Of a DNA stretch of 64,000 bases, positions 56,210 to 64,000 are shown piece by piece; position 1 is the stretch's first letter; the number at the start of each line of letters is the position of its first letter. Made by a program: the position numbers and the translations under genes. Origin of the DNA: an uncultured Actinomycetota bacterium (GTDB taxonomy: Bacteria; Actinomycetota; Actinomycetes; Propionibacteriales; Propionibacteriaceae). Under the pieces are notes generated by a model. That model worked only from the letters and a program-made list of their open reading frames with translations. It made no database searches and was not told the DNA's origin. The DNA lies in assembly GCA_963756505.1 (NCBI GenBank), contig CAVWNG010000002.1:1285609-1349608 (forward strand). Reading direction: 5' to 3'.

Positions 56210-56833
56210 TCAGGATCCGTCGCGGAGGTCGCCCAGCCGCTGGTCGAGAAGCCGCACGGCCTCGAAGCGCACCGTGCACCCGTCGCCGGTGGGTGACTGG
56301 ACCTCGAGGCCGAGCCGGTGCTCGGCCACGGCGTCCCCCAGGGTGAAGACCCGGACCAGCGCCCAGTCCACCCCGTCGGTGGAGGCGTGGTAGGCGTAGA
56401 CCCGGTCGATCCGGGACACCCGCAGCCAGACCGTCCGCTCCGGCACCACGAAGGAGTTGGCGTCGTCGGAGACCCCGAGCGTGACGACCGAGACGACCAT
56501 CGGCTCACCGGCCGGGGAGAACTCGAAGCAGAGCTTGGCCCAGTGCGCGTCGTCGTGCCAGATCAGCAGCACCCCGGCGTCGAACTGAGCCGCGAAGTCG
56601 ACGGTGACCCGCGCGCTCAGCTGGAAGTCCCCGACGGCCGGGGTGCCGAGCAGCGTGGCCGCGTTGAGCAGTGACGCCGCGTCCCCCGCCTCCGCCCCGC
56701 CCGGGTTGACGTAGAGGTCGGTGCGACCGGGCGCGTCCGCGACGACCGTGCCGTCCTCCTCGAGCCGCCAGACCCCGGGCTGCGACGGAGTGGCAGGAAA
56801 GGGCAGTCCGGGCAGGTCCAGGGTGTCGGTCAT
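56210..56833 (-). CDS. DUF1349 domain protein
   Basis: FDAGVL, WAKLCFE, SVVT..SDD and QSPTG motifs. Confidence 0.82.
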   Translation of the reverse strand: MTDTLDLPGLPFPATPSQPGVWRLEEDGTVVADAPGRTDLYVNPGGAEAGDAASLLNAATLLGTPAVGDFQLSARVTVDFAAQFDAGVLLIWHDDAHWAKLCFEFSPAGEPMVVSVVTLGVSDDANSFVVPERTVWLRVSRIDRVYAYHASTDGVDWALVRVFTLGDAVAEHRLGLEVQSPTGDGCTVRFEAVRLLDQRLGDLRDGS

Positions 56834-56871
56834 GCCGAGGACTGTAGAGGCCGGGACCCGGCGCCGCAGCC

Positions 56872-57336
56872 TCAGCCGGTGGCCCGCTCACTGCGCGGGG
56901 TCGGCCGGCAGATCAGGACCGGGCACGGCGCCGAGTGCTGGACGCGTGAGGCGGTGCTCCCGAGCAGGATCGTCTGGGTGAGTCCTCGGCTGCCCGCCGC
57001 CATGGAGATCAGGTCGGCCTCGAGGTCCTCGGCCGCGCGGACGATCTCCTGGGCCGGGGAGCCGCTGCGCACCTGCTTGTGGATCGCCGGCCCCCAGCCG
57101 TCGAACGTGGCCGCGACGAGGTCGACCGCGGACTGGGCCTCCTCCCGGAAGCTGAGATCGGTCAGCGTGGTGGTCGCCTGCGCGCCGAGCTCGTTGGCGA
57201 ACGGCACGGCGGCGAACGGGCTCACCACGGCGATGACGGTCACGTCGGTGATCTCGCGGGAGTCGGCGATCCACTTGAACTGCTTGGCCCCGACCAGGGA
57301 GGCGCGGGAGCCGTCGGTGGTGACGATGCAGTGCAT
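56872..57336 (-). CDS. Universal stress protein
   Basis: TDGS start, GSPAQEIV and LLGSTASRVQHSAPCPVL. Confidence 0.9.
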   Translation of the reverse strand: MHCIVTTDGSRASLVGAKQFKWIADSREITDVTVIAVVSPFAAVPFANELGAQATTTLTDLSFREEAQSAVDLVAATFDGWGPAIHKQVRSGSPAQEIVRAAEDLEADLISMAAGSRGLTQTILLGSTASRVQHSAPCPVLICRPTPRSERATG

Positions 57337-57339
57337 GGC

Positions 57340-58809
57340 TCAGAACTCCTTGTTCCGGGAGGGGGAATCGACGACTTCCGGGTCCCCGGCGCTGGTGCCT
57401 GCGGGTCGGTCCTGCTTGTGGCCGAAGAACTTCTCGGCCAGGTACAGCGCGAAGCCGACGGCCAGCAGGCCGGCCACCCACCACAGGGCCGAGGGGTCGT
57501 CGATCAGGGTGTACACCAGCACGGCCAGGTTGCCGATCATGCCGACGATGAGCAGCGGGGTGTTCGCCCGGTAGGTGTGCTCGCTCTCGTCGGTACCGCG
57601 CAGCTTGAGGCAGGCGACGATCACGAGGGCGTAGATGAACAGCAGGAACACCACGGTGATGGTGGCCAGTCGCTCGACGATGTTGAGCTGGTCGTCCTCG
57701 GGCAGCCCGGTCTGGCTGGCCCGGATCGCCGCACCGATGAGCAGCAGGGTGGACACGATGATGAAACCGAAGATCAGCGCGACGTACGGGCTGCGCCGGT
57801 TGGGGTGGATCTTGCTGAAGACCGAGGGCACGACGTCCTGGCGGGCCATCCCGTAGAGCACCCGCGCCTGCGCGACCACGGTGACCAACGTGGTGTTGCT
57901 GATGGCGATCATGGCGATCAAGGCGAACAGCGCCAGCATGATCCCGGCCGGGACGAAGAACAGGTCGGCGCGGATGACCTCGAGCAGGGTGTTGCCGGCC
58001 AGCTGGTCCATCGACACGGCCAGCGCGGCGGAGATGGAGACCAGCACGTAGACGACACCCGCGGTCAGCATGCCGCCGATCAGCGCCCGGGGGAACGCGC
58101 GCTCCGGGTTGATCGTCTCCTCGGCCACGTTGGCCGCGTTCTCGAAGCCGGTCATGGCGAAGAAGGCGAGCGAGACGCCCGCGAGGACCGCGATGACCGG
58201 TGAGCCCTCGGCGCTGAACTGCAGCAGGACGGCGGGGTTGCCCACCCCGGTGGCCAGGGCGATGACGCCGATGATCACGACGATGATCAGGCCGCTGACC
58301 TCGATGAAGGTCATGATGACGTTCACCACGACCGACTCCGAGATCCCGATCAGGTTGATGATCGTGACGATGGCGAGGAACACGATCGCGATCACCGTGG
58401 CGACCCAGATCGAGCTCTCGGACAGCCCGACCAGCGAGCTGAAGTACCGCACGAAGCCTGAGGCCAACGAACCGATCGCCGCCATCTGCGACGACAGCAT
58501 GCAGATGGTGATGAAGAACGTCAGGAGAGGACTCCGGAAGGCCTTGTGGATGTAGAGCGAGGCGCCGGCCGCCTGCGGGTACTTGGTGACCAGCTCGGCG
58601 TACGCGAGGCCGGTGATGGCGGCGATCGCGACGCCGGCCAGAAAGGCCATCCAGAAGGCCCCGCCCACGGCCGCCGCCACCAGGCCGACCAGCACGTAGA
58701 TGCCCGAGCCGAGGACGTCGCCGACCACGTAGAAATACAGCTGCTTGCCGGTGATGGAGCGCCTCAGCTCGCTGTGCTGCTGGACGTCCTGCAGGGCGGG
58801 AGTGGTCAT
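57340..58809 (-). CDS. APC family amino acid permease
   Basis: GDVLGSGIY, YAEL..YPQAAG, GFENAANVAEE and RVLYGMAR motifs. Confidence 0.9.
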   Translation of the reverse strand: MTTPALQDVQQHSELRRSITGKQLYFYVVGDVLGSGIYVLVGLVAAAVGGAFWMAFLAGVAIAAITGLAYAELVTKYPQAAGASLYIHKAFRSPLLTFFITICMLSSQMAAIGSLASGFVRYFSSLVGLSESSIWVATVIAIVFLAIVTIINLIGISESVVVNVIMTFIEVSGLIIVVIIGVIALATGVGNPAVLLQFSAEGSPVIAVLAGVSLAFFAMTGFENAANVAEETINPERAFPRALIGGMLTAGVVYVLVSISAALAVSMDQLAGNTLLEVIRADLFFVPAGIMLALFALIAMIAISNTTLVTVVAQARVLYGMARQDVVPSVFSKIHPNRRSPYVALIFGFIIVSTLLLIGAAIRASQTGLPEDDQLNIVERLATITVVFLLFIYALVIVACLKLRGTDESEHTYRANTPLLIVGMIGNLAVLVYTLIDDPSALWWVAGLLAVGFALYLAEKFFGHKQDRPAGTSAGDPEVVDSPSRNKEF

Positions 58810-58822
58810 GGCTGGACAGTAC

Positions 58823-58838
58823 TGTGAGATCTGTTACA
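58823..58838. promoter_or_regulatory. CRP/GlxR-like site abutting the -10 of the APC-USP operon
   Basis: TGTGA-GATCTG-TTACA, 9/10 match; minus-strand -10 TACTGT at 58816-58821. Confidence 0.55.
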
Positions 58839-58936
58839 GATCCGTTCCAGGTCCGATATTTCTCGCGGCGTCGTCGGGCACCTCGGAGGAGGCCGGTTAC
58901 GCCGTCCGGCGGGCCGGTGTGCCACGCCGGGCGCGG

Positions 58937-59512
58937 TCAGAGCGCGGCGATCAGGGTCTCCTGCGCGAATCCGAGCCAGTCGTAGACGCTCATCATGTAG
59001 CTGCGGGGGTCGTCGTCGGGCAGCTCGCCGAGCTCCTCCGCGCTCTCGGCGTCGGTGATGCCGAGCCGGGTCGCGACGGCGAGCCGCACGCTGGTCAGGG
59101 TGCGGAGCCAGGCCTGGGCGTCGGCCGGGTCGATCCGCAGGTCGGTGCGGCCGTCGGCGGTCTGCGCCAGGTCGCGGAGCACCACCCGGGCGTCGTCGAC
59201 CTTCTTGCCGCGCAGGTCGCGCTCGGTGAACCGGCGGAAGTCCGCCGCCGCGGCCTCGTCGTGGGGGTAGGCGTTGGGGAACAGGCGCCGCAGCACCGGG
59301 TCCTCGGAGACCTCCGGCGCGTCGGGCTCGGCCTGCAGGTCGCGGACCAGCCGCTCGAACGGGTCGTTGGTCGCCTCTCGCGCCCCGAAGCTCTCCGGCT
59401 CCCCGTCCGAGACCAGCTCGACGAGCTGCTCGACCAGCGACGTCAGGAGCTGGACCTCATAGCCGCTGAGGGAGGTGGAGATGGAGCCTCGACGGCGGGA
59501 GAACTTCTTCAC
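58937..59512 (-). CDS. DUF2017 domain protein
   Basis: DPVLRRLFPNAY, FRRFTE and VYDWL motifs; downstream of clpS. Confidence 0.88.
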   Translation of the reverse strand: MKKFSRRRGSISTSLSGYEVQLLTSLVEQLVELVSDGEPESFGAREATNDPFERLVRDLQAEPDAPEVSEDPVLRRLFPNAYPHDEAAAADFRRFTERDLRGKKVDDARVVLRDLAQTADGRTDLRIDPADAQAWLRTLTSVRLAVATRLGITDAESAEELGELPDDDPRSYMMSVYDWLGFAQETLIAAL

Positions 59513-59560
59513 CGGGACGCCGACCCCGACCGCAGGGGCCCCGCCGTCGACCCCGTGGTG

Positions 59561-59878
59561 TCAGTCACCCGCACGGTCCATGGTCGCCCACAGGCCGTAC
59601 TCGTGCATGGCGCCGACATCGCGTTCCATCTCCTCCCGCGAGCCGCTGGAGACGACCGCCTTGCCGTCGTTGTGCACCTGCATCATCAGCTTGGAGGCCT
59701 TGCTCTTGGAGTACTGGAAGTAGGTCACGAAGACGTGGGTGACGTAGGACATGAGGTTGACCGGGTCGTCCCAGACGATGGTCACCCACGGGGTCTGTGG
59801 GGTCGTCTGCTCGAGCGGGCGGTCAGCGAGCGCCGTCCCTCCCGCGGGGACGACGGGCACCCCCTCGGTCTCCGACAT
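59561..59878 (-). CDS. clpS: Clp protease adaptor ClpS
   Basis: [17 protein letters not shown] and GLWAT motifs. Confidence 0.95.
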   Translation of the reverse strand: MSETEGVPVVPAGGTALADRPLEQTTPQTPWVTIVWDDPVNLMSYVTHVFVTYFQYSKSKASKLMMQVHNDGKAVVSSGSREEMERDVGAMHEYGLWATMDRAGD

Positions 59879-59941
59879 GGCCCCATCATCGCAAACCCCG
59901 GGCCCCAGCGCGCCGGGCGCCAGCGTGACTAGGGTGTGGCC

Positions 59942-61336
59942 GTGACCGTCGGAGAACCGGAGCCTGGAGTCGCGGCGTCGTGGGGGCCCCGTGAGGTGCC
60001 GACGACTGCCCTGCTGACCGACCACTACGAGCTCACCATGCTGCAGGCGGCGCTGCAGGCCGGCACGGCCGGCCGCCCGTGCGTGTTCGAGCTCTTCGCC
60101 CGCCGGCTGCCCCCGGGTCGGCGCTACGGCGTCGTTGCCGGCGTGGGCCGGGCGCTGCGGGCCCTCGACCACTTCCGCTTCGACGCCGAGTCGCTGGAGT
60201 TCCTCCGCGGCGCCCACGTGGTCGACGACCGGACCGCGGACTGGTTGGCCGACTTCCGGTTCGACGGCAGCATCTGGGGCTACCCCGAGGGCGAGGTCTA
60301 CTTCCCGGGCTCGCCCATCGTCGTCGTCGAGTCGAGCTTCGCGGCCGGGGTGATGTTGGAGACGGTGCTGCTGAGCATCTACAACCACGATGCCGCCATC
60401 GCCTCGGCCGCCTCCCGGATGACCGCGATGGCCGGCAGCCGGCCCTGCATCGAGATGGGGTCGCGGCGGACCCAGGAGCTGGCGGCGGTGGCCGCGGCCC
60501 GTGCCGCCTACGTGGCCGGCTTCGAGGCCACCTCCAACCTGGAGGCCGGCCGGCGCTACGGGGTCCCCACGCGGGGGACGTCGGCGCACTCGTTCACCCT
60601 CCTGCACGCCGACGAGCGGACCGCGTTCGCCGCCCAGGTGGCCGCGCTCGGGGAGGACACCACCCTGCTGGTGGACACCTACGACGTGGAGGCGGCGGTC
60701 CGGACCGGGGTGGAGCTGACGGGCGGGCGGCTGGGGGCGGTGCGCCTGGACTCCGGCGACCTGGCGGTGATGGCCACCCAGGTCCGCCGCCAGCTCGACG
60801 ACCTGGGTGCGACCCGCACGAAGATCATCGTGACCAGCGACCTCGACGAGTTCACCATCGCCGCGCTCTCGGGGGCGCCGGTCGACGGCTACGGGGTGGG
60901 GACCGCGCTGGTGACCGGCAGCGGCGCCCCGACGAGCGGGTTCGTGTACAAGCTGGTGGCGCGTGCGGAGTCCGACGAGCCCGGGGCTCCCCTGACCCCG
61001 GTGGCCAAGCGGAGCCCGGACAAGATCTCGGTCGGCGGCCGCAAGCACGCCGTCCGCCAGCTGTCGGCCTCGGGCGTCGCCGAGGCCGAGCTGGTGGGGA
61101 TCGGCGCGGTGCCGCGGCACGACTCGAACGACCGCGCCCTGCTCGTCCCGCTCGTGACCGACGGCGAGATCGTCGGCCGGGAGTCCCTCGACGCCGCCCG
61201 GGAGCGGCACCGCCGCTCCCGCGCCGAGCTGCCGCTCGACGCGCGAAAGATGTCGCGGGGTGAGCCCGTGGTGGAGACGGTGTACGCCGGGCCCGGCTCG
61301 GTGCCGGGCAACCCCTTCGCGAGCGCGGCCCGGTGA
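59942..61336 (+). CDS. pncB: Nicotinate phosphoribosyltransferase
   Basis: [36 protein letters not shown] and VYKLV motifs. Confidence 0.95.
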   Translation: MTVGEPEPGVAASWGPREVPTTALLTDHYELTMLQAALQAGTAGRPCVFELFARRLPPGRRYGVVAGVGRALRALDHFRFDAESLEFLRGAHVVDDRTADWLADFRFDGSIWGYPEGEVYFPGSPIVVVESSFAAGVMLETVLLSIYNHDAAIASAASRMTAMAGSRPCIEMGSRRTQELAAVAAARAAYVAGFEATSNLEAGRRYGVPTRGTSAHSFTLLHADERTAFAAQVAALGEDTTLLVDTYDVEAAVRTGVELTGGRLGAVRLDSGDLAVMATQVRRQLDDLGATRTKIIVTSDLDEFTIAALSGAPVDGYGVGTALVTGSGAPTSGFVYKLVARAESDEPGAPLTPVAKRSPDKISVGGRKHAVRQLSASGVAEAELVGIGAVPRHDSNDRALLVPLVTDGEIVGRESLDAARERHRRSRAELPLDARKMSRGEPVVETVYAGPGSVPGNPFASAAR

Positions 61337-61914
61337 GCGCCGCGCGCACCGCGCTGGTGGTCGTCGACGTCCAGCGGGACTTCTGCGAGGGCGGCGCCCT
61401 GGCGGTGGCCGGAGGTGCCGCGGTCGCAGCCGCCGTCGCCGACCTGCTGGCCGCCGGGACCGAGCACGCCACCGTCGTGGCCACCCGCGACCACCACATC
61501 GACCCTGGTCCGCACTTCTCGACGACCCCCGACTACGTGGACAGCTGGCCGCCGCACTGCGTCGTGGGCAGCCCGGGCGTCGAGCTGCACGACGCGCTGG
61601 CGGGACAGGCCTTCGACGCCGTGTTCGACAAGGGCGAGTACGCGGCGGCCTACTCCGGGTTCGAGGGCCGGTCCGCCGGAGGGCGGGGGCTGGCGGACTT
61701 CCTGCACGAGCGCGGCGTGGACGCCGTGGAGGTCTGCGGCATCGCCACCGACCACTGCGTGCGCGCCACCGCCCTCGACGCCGCGGCAGCGGGGTTTCCC
61801 ACCACCGTGCTGCTCGACCTCACCGCCGCCGTGTCGCCGGACCGGCTGGACGTCACGCTGGCCGAGCTCCGGGCCGCCGGGGTCCAGGTGCGCGGAGGCG
61901 CCCCGGCCGCCTGA
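61333..61914 (+). CDS. pncA: Nicotinamidase/pyrazinamidase
   Basis: VDVQRDF, WPPHCV, YSGF and GIATDHCV motifs; GTGA-coupled to pncB. Confidence 0.92.
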   Translation: MSAARTALVVVDVQRDFCEGGALAVAGGAAVAAAVADLLAAGTEHATVVATRDHHIDPGPHFSTTPDYVDSWPPHCVVGSPGVELHDALAGQAFDAVFDKGEYAAAYSGFEGRSAGGRGLADFLHERGVDAVEVCGIATDHCVRATALDAAAAGFPTTVLLDLTAAVSPDRLDVTLAELRAAGVQVRGGAPAA

Positions 61915-61965
61915 GCCCCGCGGCGGTCAGCCAGGAGGGCCAACCCGCCGACCTACAGTGGCGCG

Positions 61966-62850
61966 GTGACCCGCTGGAGCACCGACGACATCCCCACCCA
62001 GACCGGACGCACCTTCGTCGTGACCGGTGCGAACGCCGGACTCGGTCGGCGCACGGCAGCCGCCCTGGCCGCGGCCGGGGGCCGGGTGGTCCTGGCGGTG
62101 CGCGAACGAAGCCGTGGTGAGGAAGCCGCGCGCACGATGACCGGGGACGTGCACGTGGCCGAGCTCGACCTGGCCGACCTGCGCTCGATCCGCCACTTCG
62201 CCGACACCTGGGACGGCCCGCTCGACGTGCTCGTCAACAACGCCGGACGGATGGCGCTGCCTCACCAGCGGACCGTCGACGGGTTCGAGATGCAGCTCGG
62301 CATCAACCACCTCGGCCACTTCGCGCTCACCAACCTGCTGCTGCCCGCGGTGACCGACCGGGTGGTCACCGTCTCCTCCGCTCTGCACCACCGTGGTCAG
62401 GTCGTGCTGGACGACCTCAACTGGGAGCGCCGCCGGTACCGGCCCTACGGCGCCTACGGGCAGTCGAAGCTGGCCAACCTGCTGTTCACCCTCGAGCTCG
62501 AGCGCCGCCTGGTCGCCGACGGCTCGCCCGTCCGCGCGCTGGCTGCGCACCCGGGCTGGGCGGCCACCAACCTGCAGAAGGGCCACGGGCGCGTGCTCGA
62601 CCTGCTGGGCGGGGCGGTCGTCCGGCTGCTCGCCCAGTCCGACGCCCACGGCGCCCTGCCCACGCTGCACGCCGCCGTCGTCGACCTGCCGGGCGGGAGC
62701 TACGTCGGTCCCGACGGCCCGGCCGAGATGCGTGGCTACCCGACGCTCGTCGGCCGCAGCGCGGCGGCCAGCGACAGCGAGCTCGCCGGCAAGCTCTGGG
62801 CCGCCTCGGAGGAGCTGACCGGGGTCGGCTACCCGGAGCTGCGCCGCTGA
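61966..62850 (+). CDS. Short-chain dehydrogenase/reductase
   Basis: TGANAGLG, NNAG, NHLGHF, YGQSK and HPG motifs. Confidence 0.92.
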   Translation: MTRWSTDDIPTQTGRTFVVTGANAGLGRRTAAALAAAGGRVVLAVRERSRGEEAARTMTGDVHVAELDLADLRSIRHFADTWDGPLDVLVNNAGRMALPHQRTVDGFEMQLGINHLGHFALTNLLLPAVTDRVVTVSSALHHRGQVVLDDLNWERRRYRPYGAYGQSKLANLLFTLELERRLVADGSPVRALAAHPGWAATNLQKGHGRVLDLLGGAVVRLLAQSDAHGALPTLHAAVVDLPGGSYVGPDGPAEMRGYPTLVGRSAAASDSELAGKLWAASEELTGVGYPELRR

Positions 62851-62918
62851 GTGCGGGCGCTCCCCGCACCGACCTCCCCCTCCGGCGGCCGCACCCACCC
62901 GGCCCCTACGCTGCCCGG

Positions 62919-63718
62919 ATGGACGCGGTCACGACCACCCTGCTGCAGCACCTCCTCGACGACCGGCCCCGCGCCGGTACCGACGCCGCTGCTGCCGTGG
63001 CCCGGCATGCGGGGCTGCGGGACGGGCCTGCCGGTGCCGTCGTCGGCCGGTTGGTCGTCCCCGACACCGCACTCCTCGCCTCGGGCCGGGCGCGGGCCGA
63101 CCTGCCAGGAGAGACGCTCTGGCCGGTCACCGTCGAGGTGGACGGCGGCGCGGGCGGGGTCGCGGCGCTCGCCGGGCGGGCGGCGTCCGGCCTCCGGGTC
63201 GAGGCCGTGGAGACGAGCCTGCGGGACACCGCGGACGTCGTCGGCGGCGTCGGGCGGATCGCCACCGCTGCGGCGACGCTGGGGGAGGTGGACGTCTTCG
63301 TCGAGCTCCCCTCGGTCCCGGGCTGGGTGCGGGCCGTCGAGGTCGTGGAGGCCGCCGGCCTGCTGGCCCGGGTGAGCGCCGGTGGCGATGGCGACGCAGA
63401 CGCCCTGGCGGCCCGGCTCTCGGTCCTGGTCGAGGCCGACCTGCCGTTCTCCGTCGTCCTGCCGGCCGGCGGAGCGCACCCGGGCCTCACCGTCCTCGCC
63501 CTGGCCATGCTGGTCGAGGCCCTGGTCGATGGGGCGGAGCCGACCGAGGCGGGGGCTCTGGCCCGTGACCCGGAGGCCGGCCGCGTGCGGAGCGGGCTCG
63601 CTCACTGGGACGAGGCCACCGCCGTGCGCGTCCGGCGTCGGCTGCGCGCGGTGAGCACCCCCGAGCCCGATCGCGTGCTGGCGGACCTGTCGCCCTCGGG
63701 GTCCTGCCCAGAGCCTGA
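62919..63718 (+). CDS. Hypothetical protein, probable frameshift at ~63689
   Basis: GC3-biased ORF with -10 TACGCT; adding one G at ~63689 gives ...DLVALGVLPRA* ending at 63718, just before the convergent gene; as written it runs to 63809. Confidence 0.6.
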
Positions 63719-63720
63719 GG

Positions 63721-64000
63721 TCAGCGGTCTCGGAGGCGGTAGACGAGGACGGCGCACGCTCCCCCGGCGGCGACGACCAGCCCGAACAGGCCCAGGACGA
63801 CCGGGCTGACCTCGCGGCCGACCACAGCGGCCGCAGGAGCAGGCGGCGGGCTGGCCGCCTCGCTGGGAGCAGCCGGGCTGCTCAGAGCGGCCGCGGGAGC
63901 CGACGCTTCCGCGGAGGCGGCGATGGAGGTGGTCAGCCCGGCGGCCACGCCGGCCTCGACCGGGTTGTCGGCGCCCAGCGTGACCGGAGCCGTCAGGGCG
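63721..64000 (-). CDS. C-terminal part of a membrane-anchored protein (Ala/Pro/Ser linker plus TM); start beyond window
   Basis: ALTAPVTLGADNPV...SPAAPSEAASPPPAP...VVLGLFGLVVAAGGACAVLVYRLRDR*. Confidence 0.6.
   Translation of the reverse strand, partial: ALTAPVTLGADNPVEAGVAAGLTTSIAASAEASAPAAALSSPAAPSEAASPPPAPAAAVVGREVSPVVLGLFGLVVAAGGACAVLVYRLRDR

Noticed and set aside
63721-64000. Calling the edge gene a mycosin/S8 protease
   Set aside because: The ALTAPV-linker-TM tail is suggestive, but no catalytic motif lies inside the window

Overview
Very high-GC actinobacterial chromosome segment (gene content and synteny suggest Propionibacteriales/Nocardioidaceae-like; inference). It holds about 68 protein genes and 4 tRNAs (Arg-TCT, His-GTG, Lys-CTT, Leu-TAG). 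No rRNA, CRISPR, integrase or transposase was seen. Core loci: ettA, orn, murT-gatD, bcp, thyA-folA, and the conserved pncA/pncB-clpS-DUF2017-mec-cysO-cysM-murI-MBL-rph-rdgB region. Most notable: (1) a candidate ~105-nt minus-strand small RNA opposite tRNA-His, made of two 16-bp hairpins with the same AACCCCCGAG loop (6C-like, five C's); (2) a translationally coupled six-gene cluster of three glycosyltransferases, an ABC exporter and two APH-like kinases of unknown product next to tRNA-Arg; (3) a PrsW protease plus dynamin-like GTPase pair operon; (4) an HldE plus GT9 heptose module in an organism not expected to make LPS; (5) pervasive leaderless promoter architecture. About ten small frameshifts, one of them in murI, most likely reflect sequencing or assembly error.
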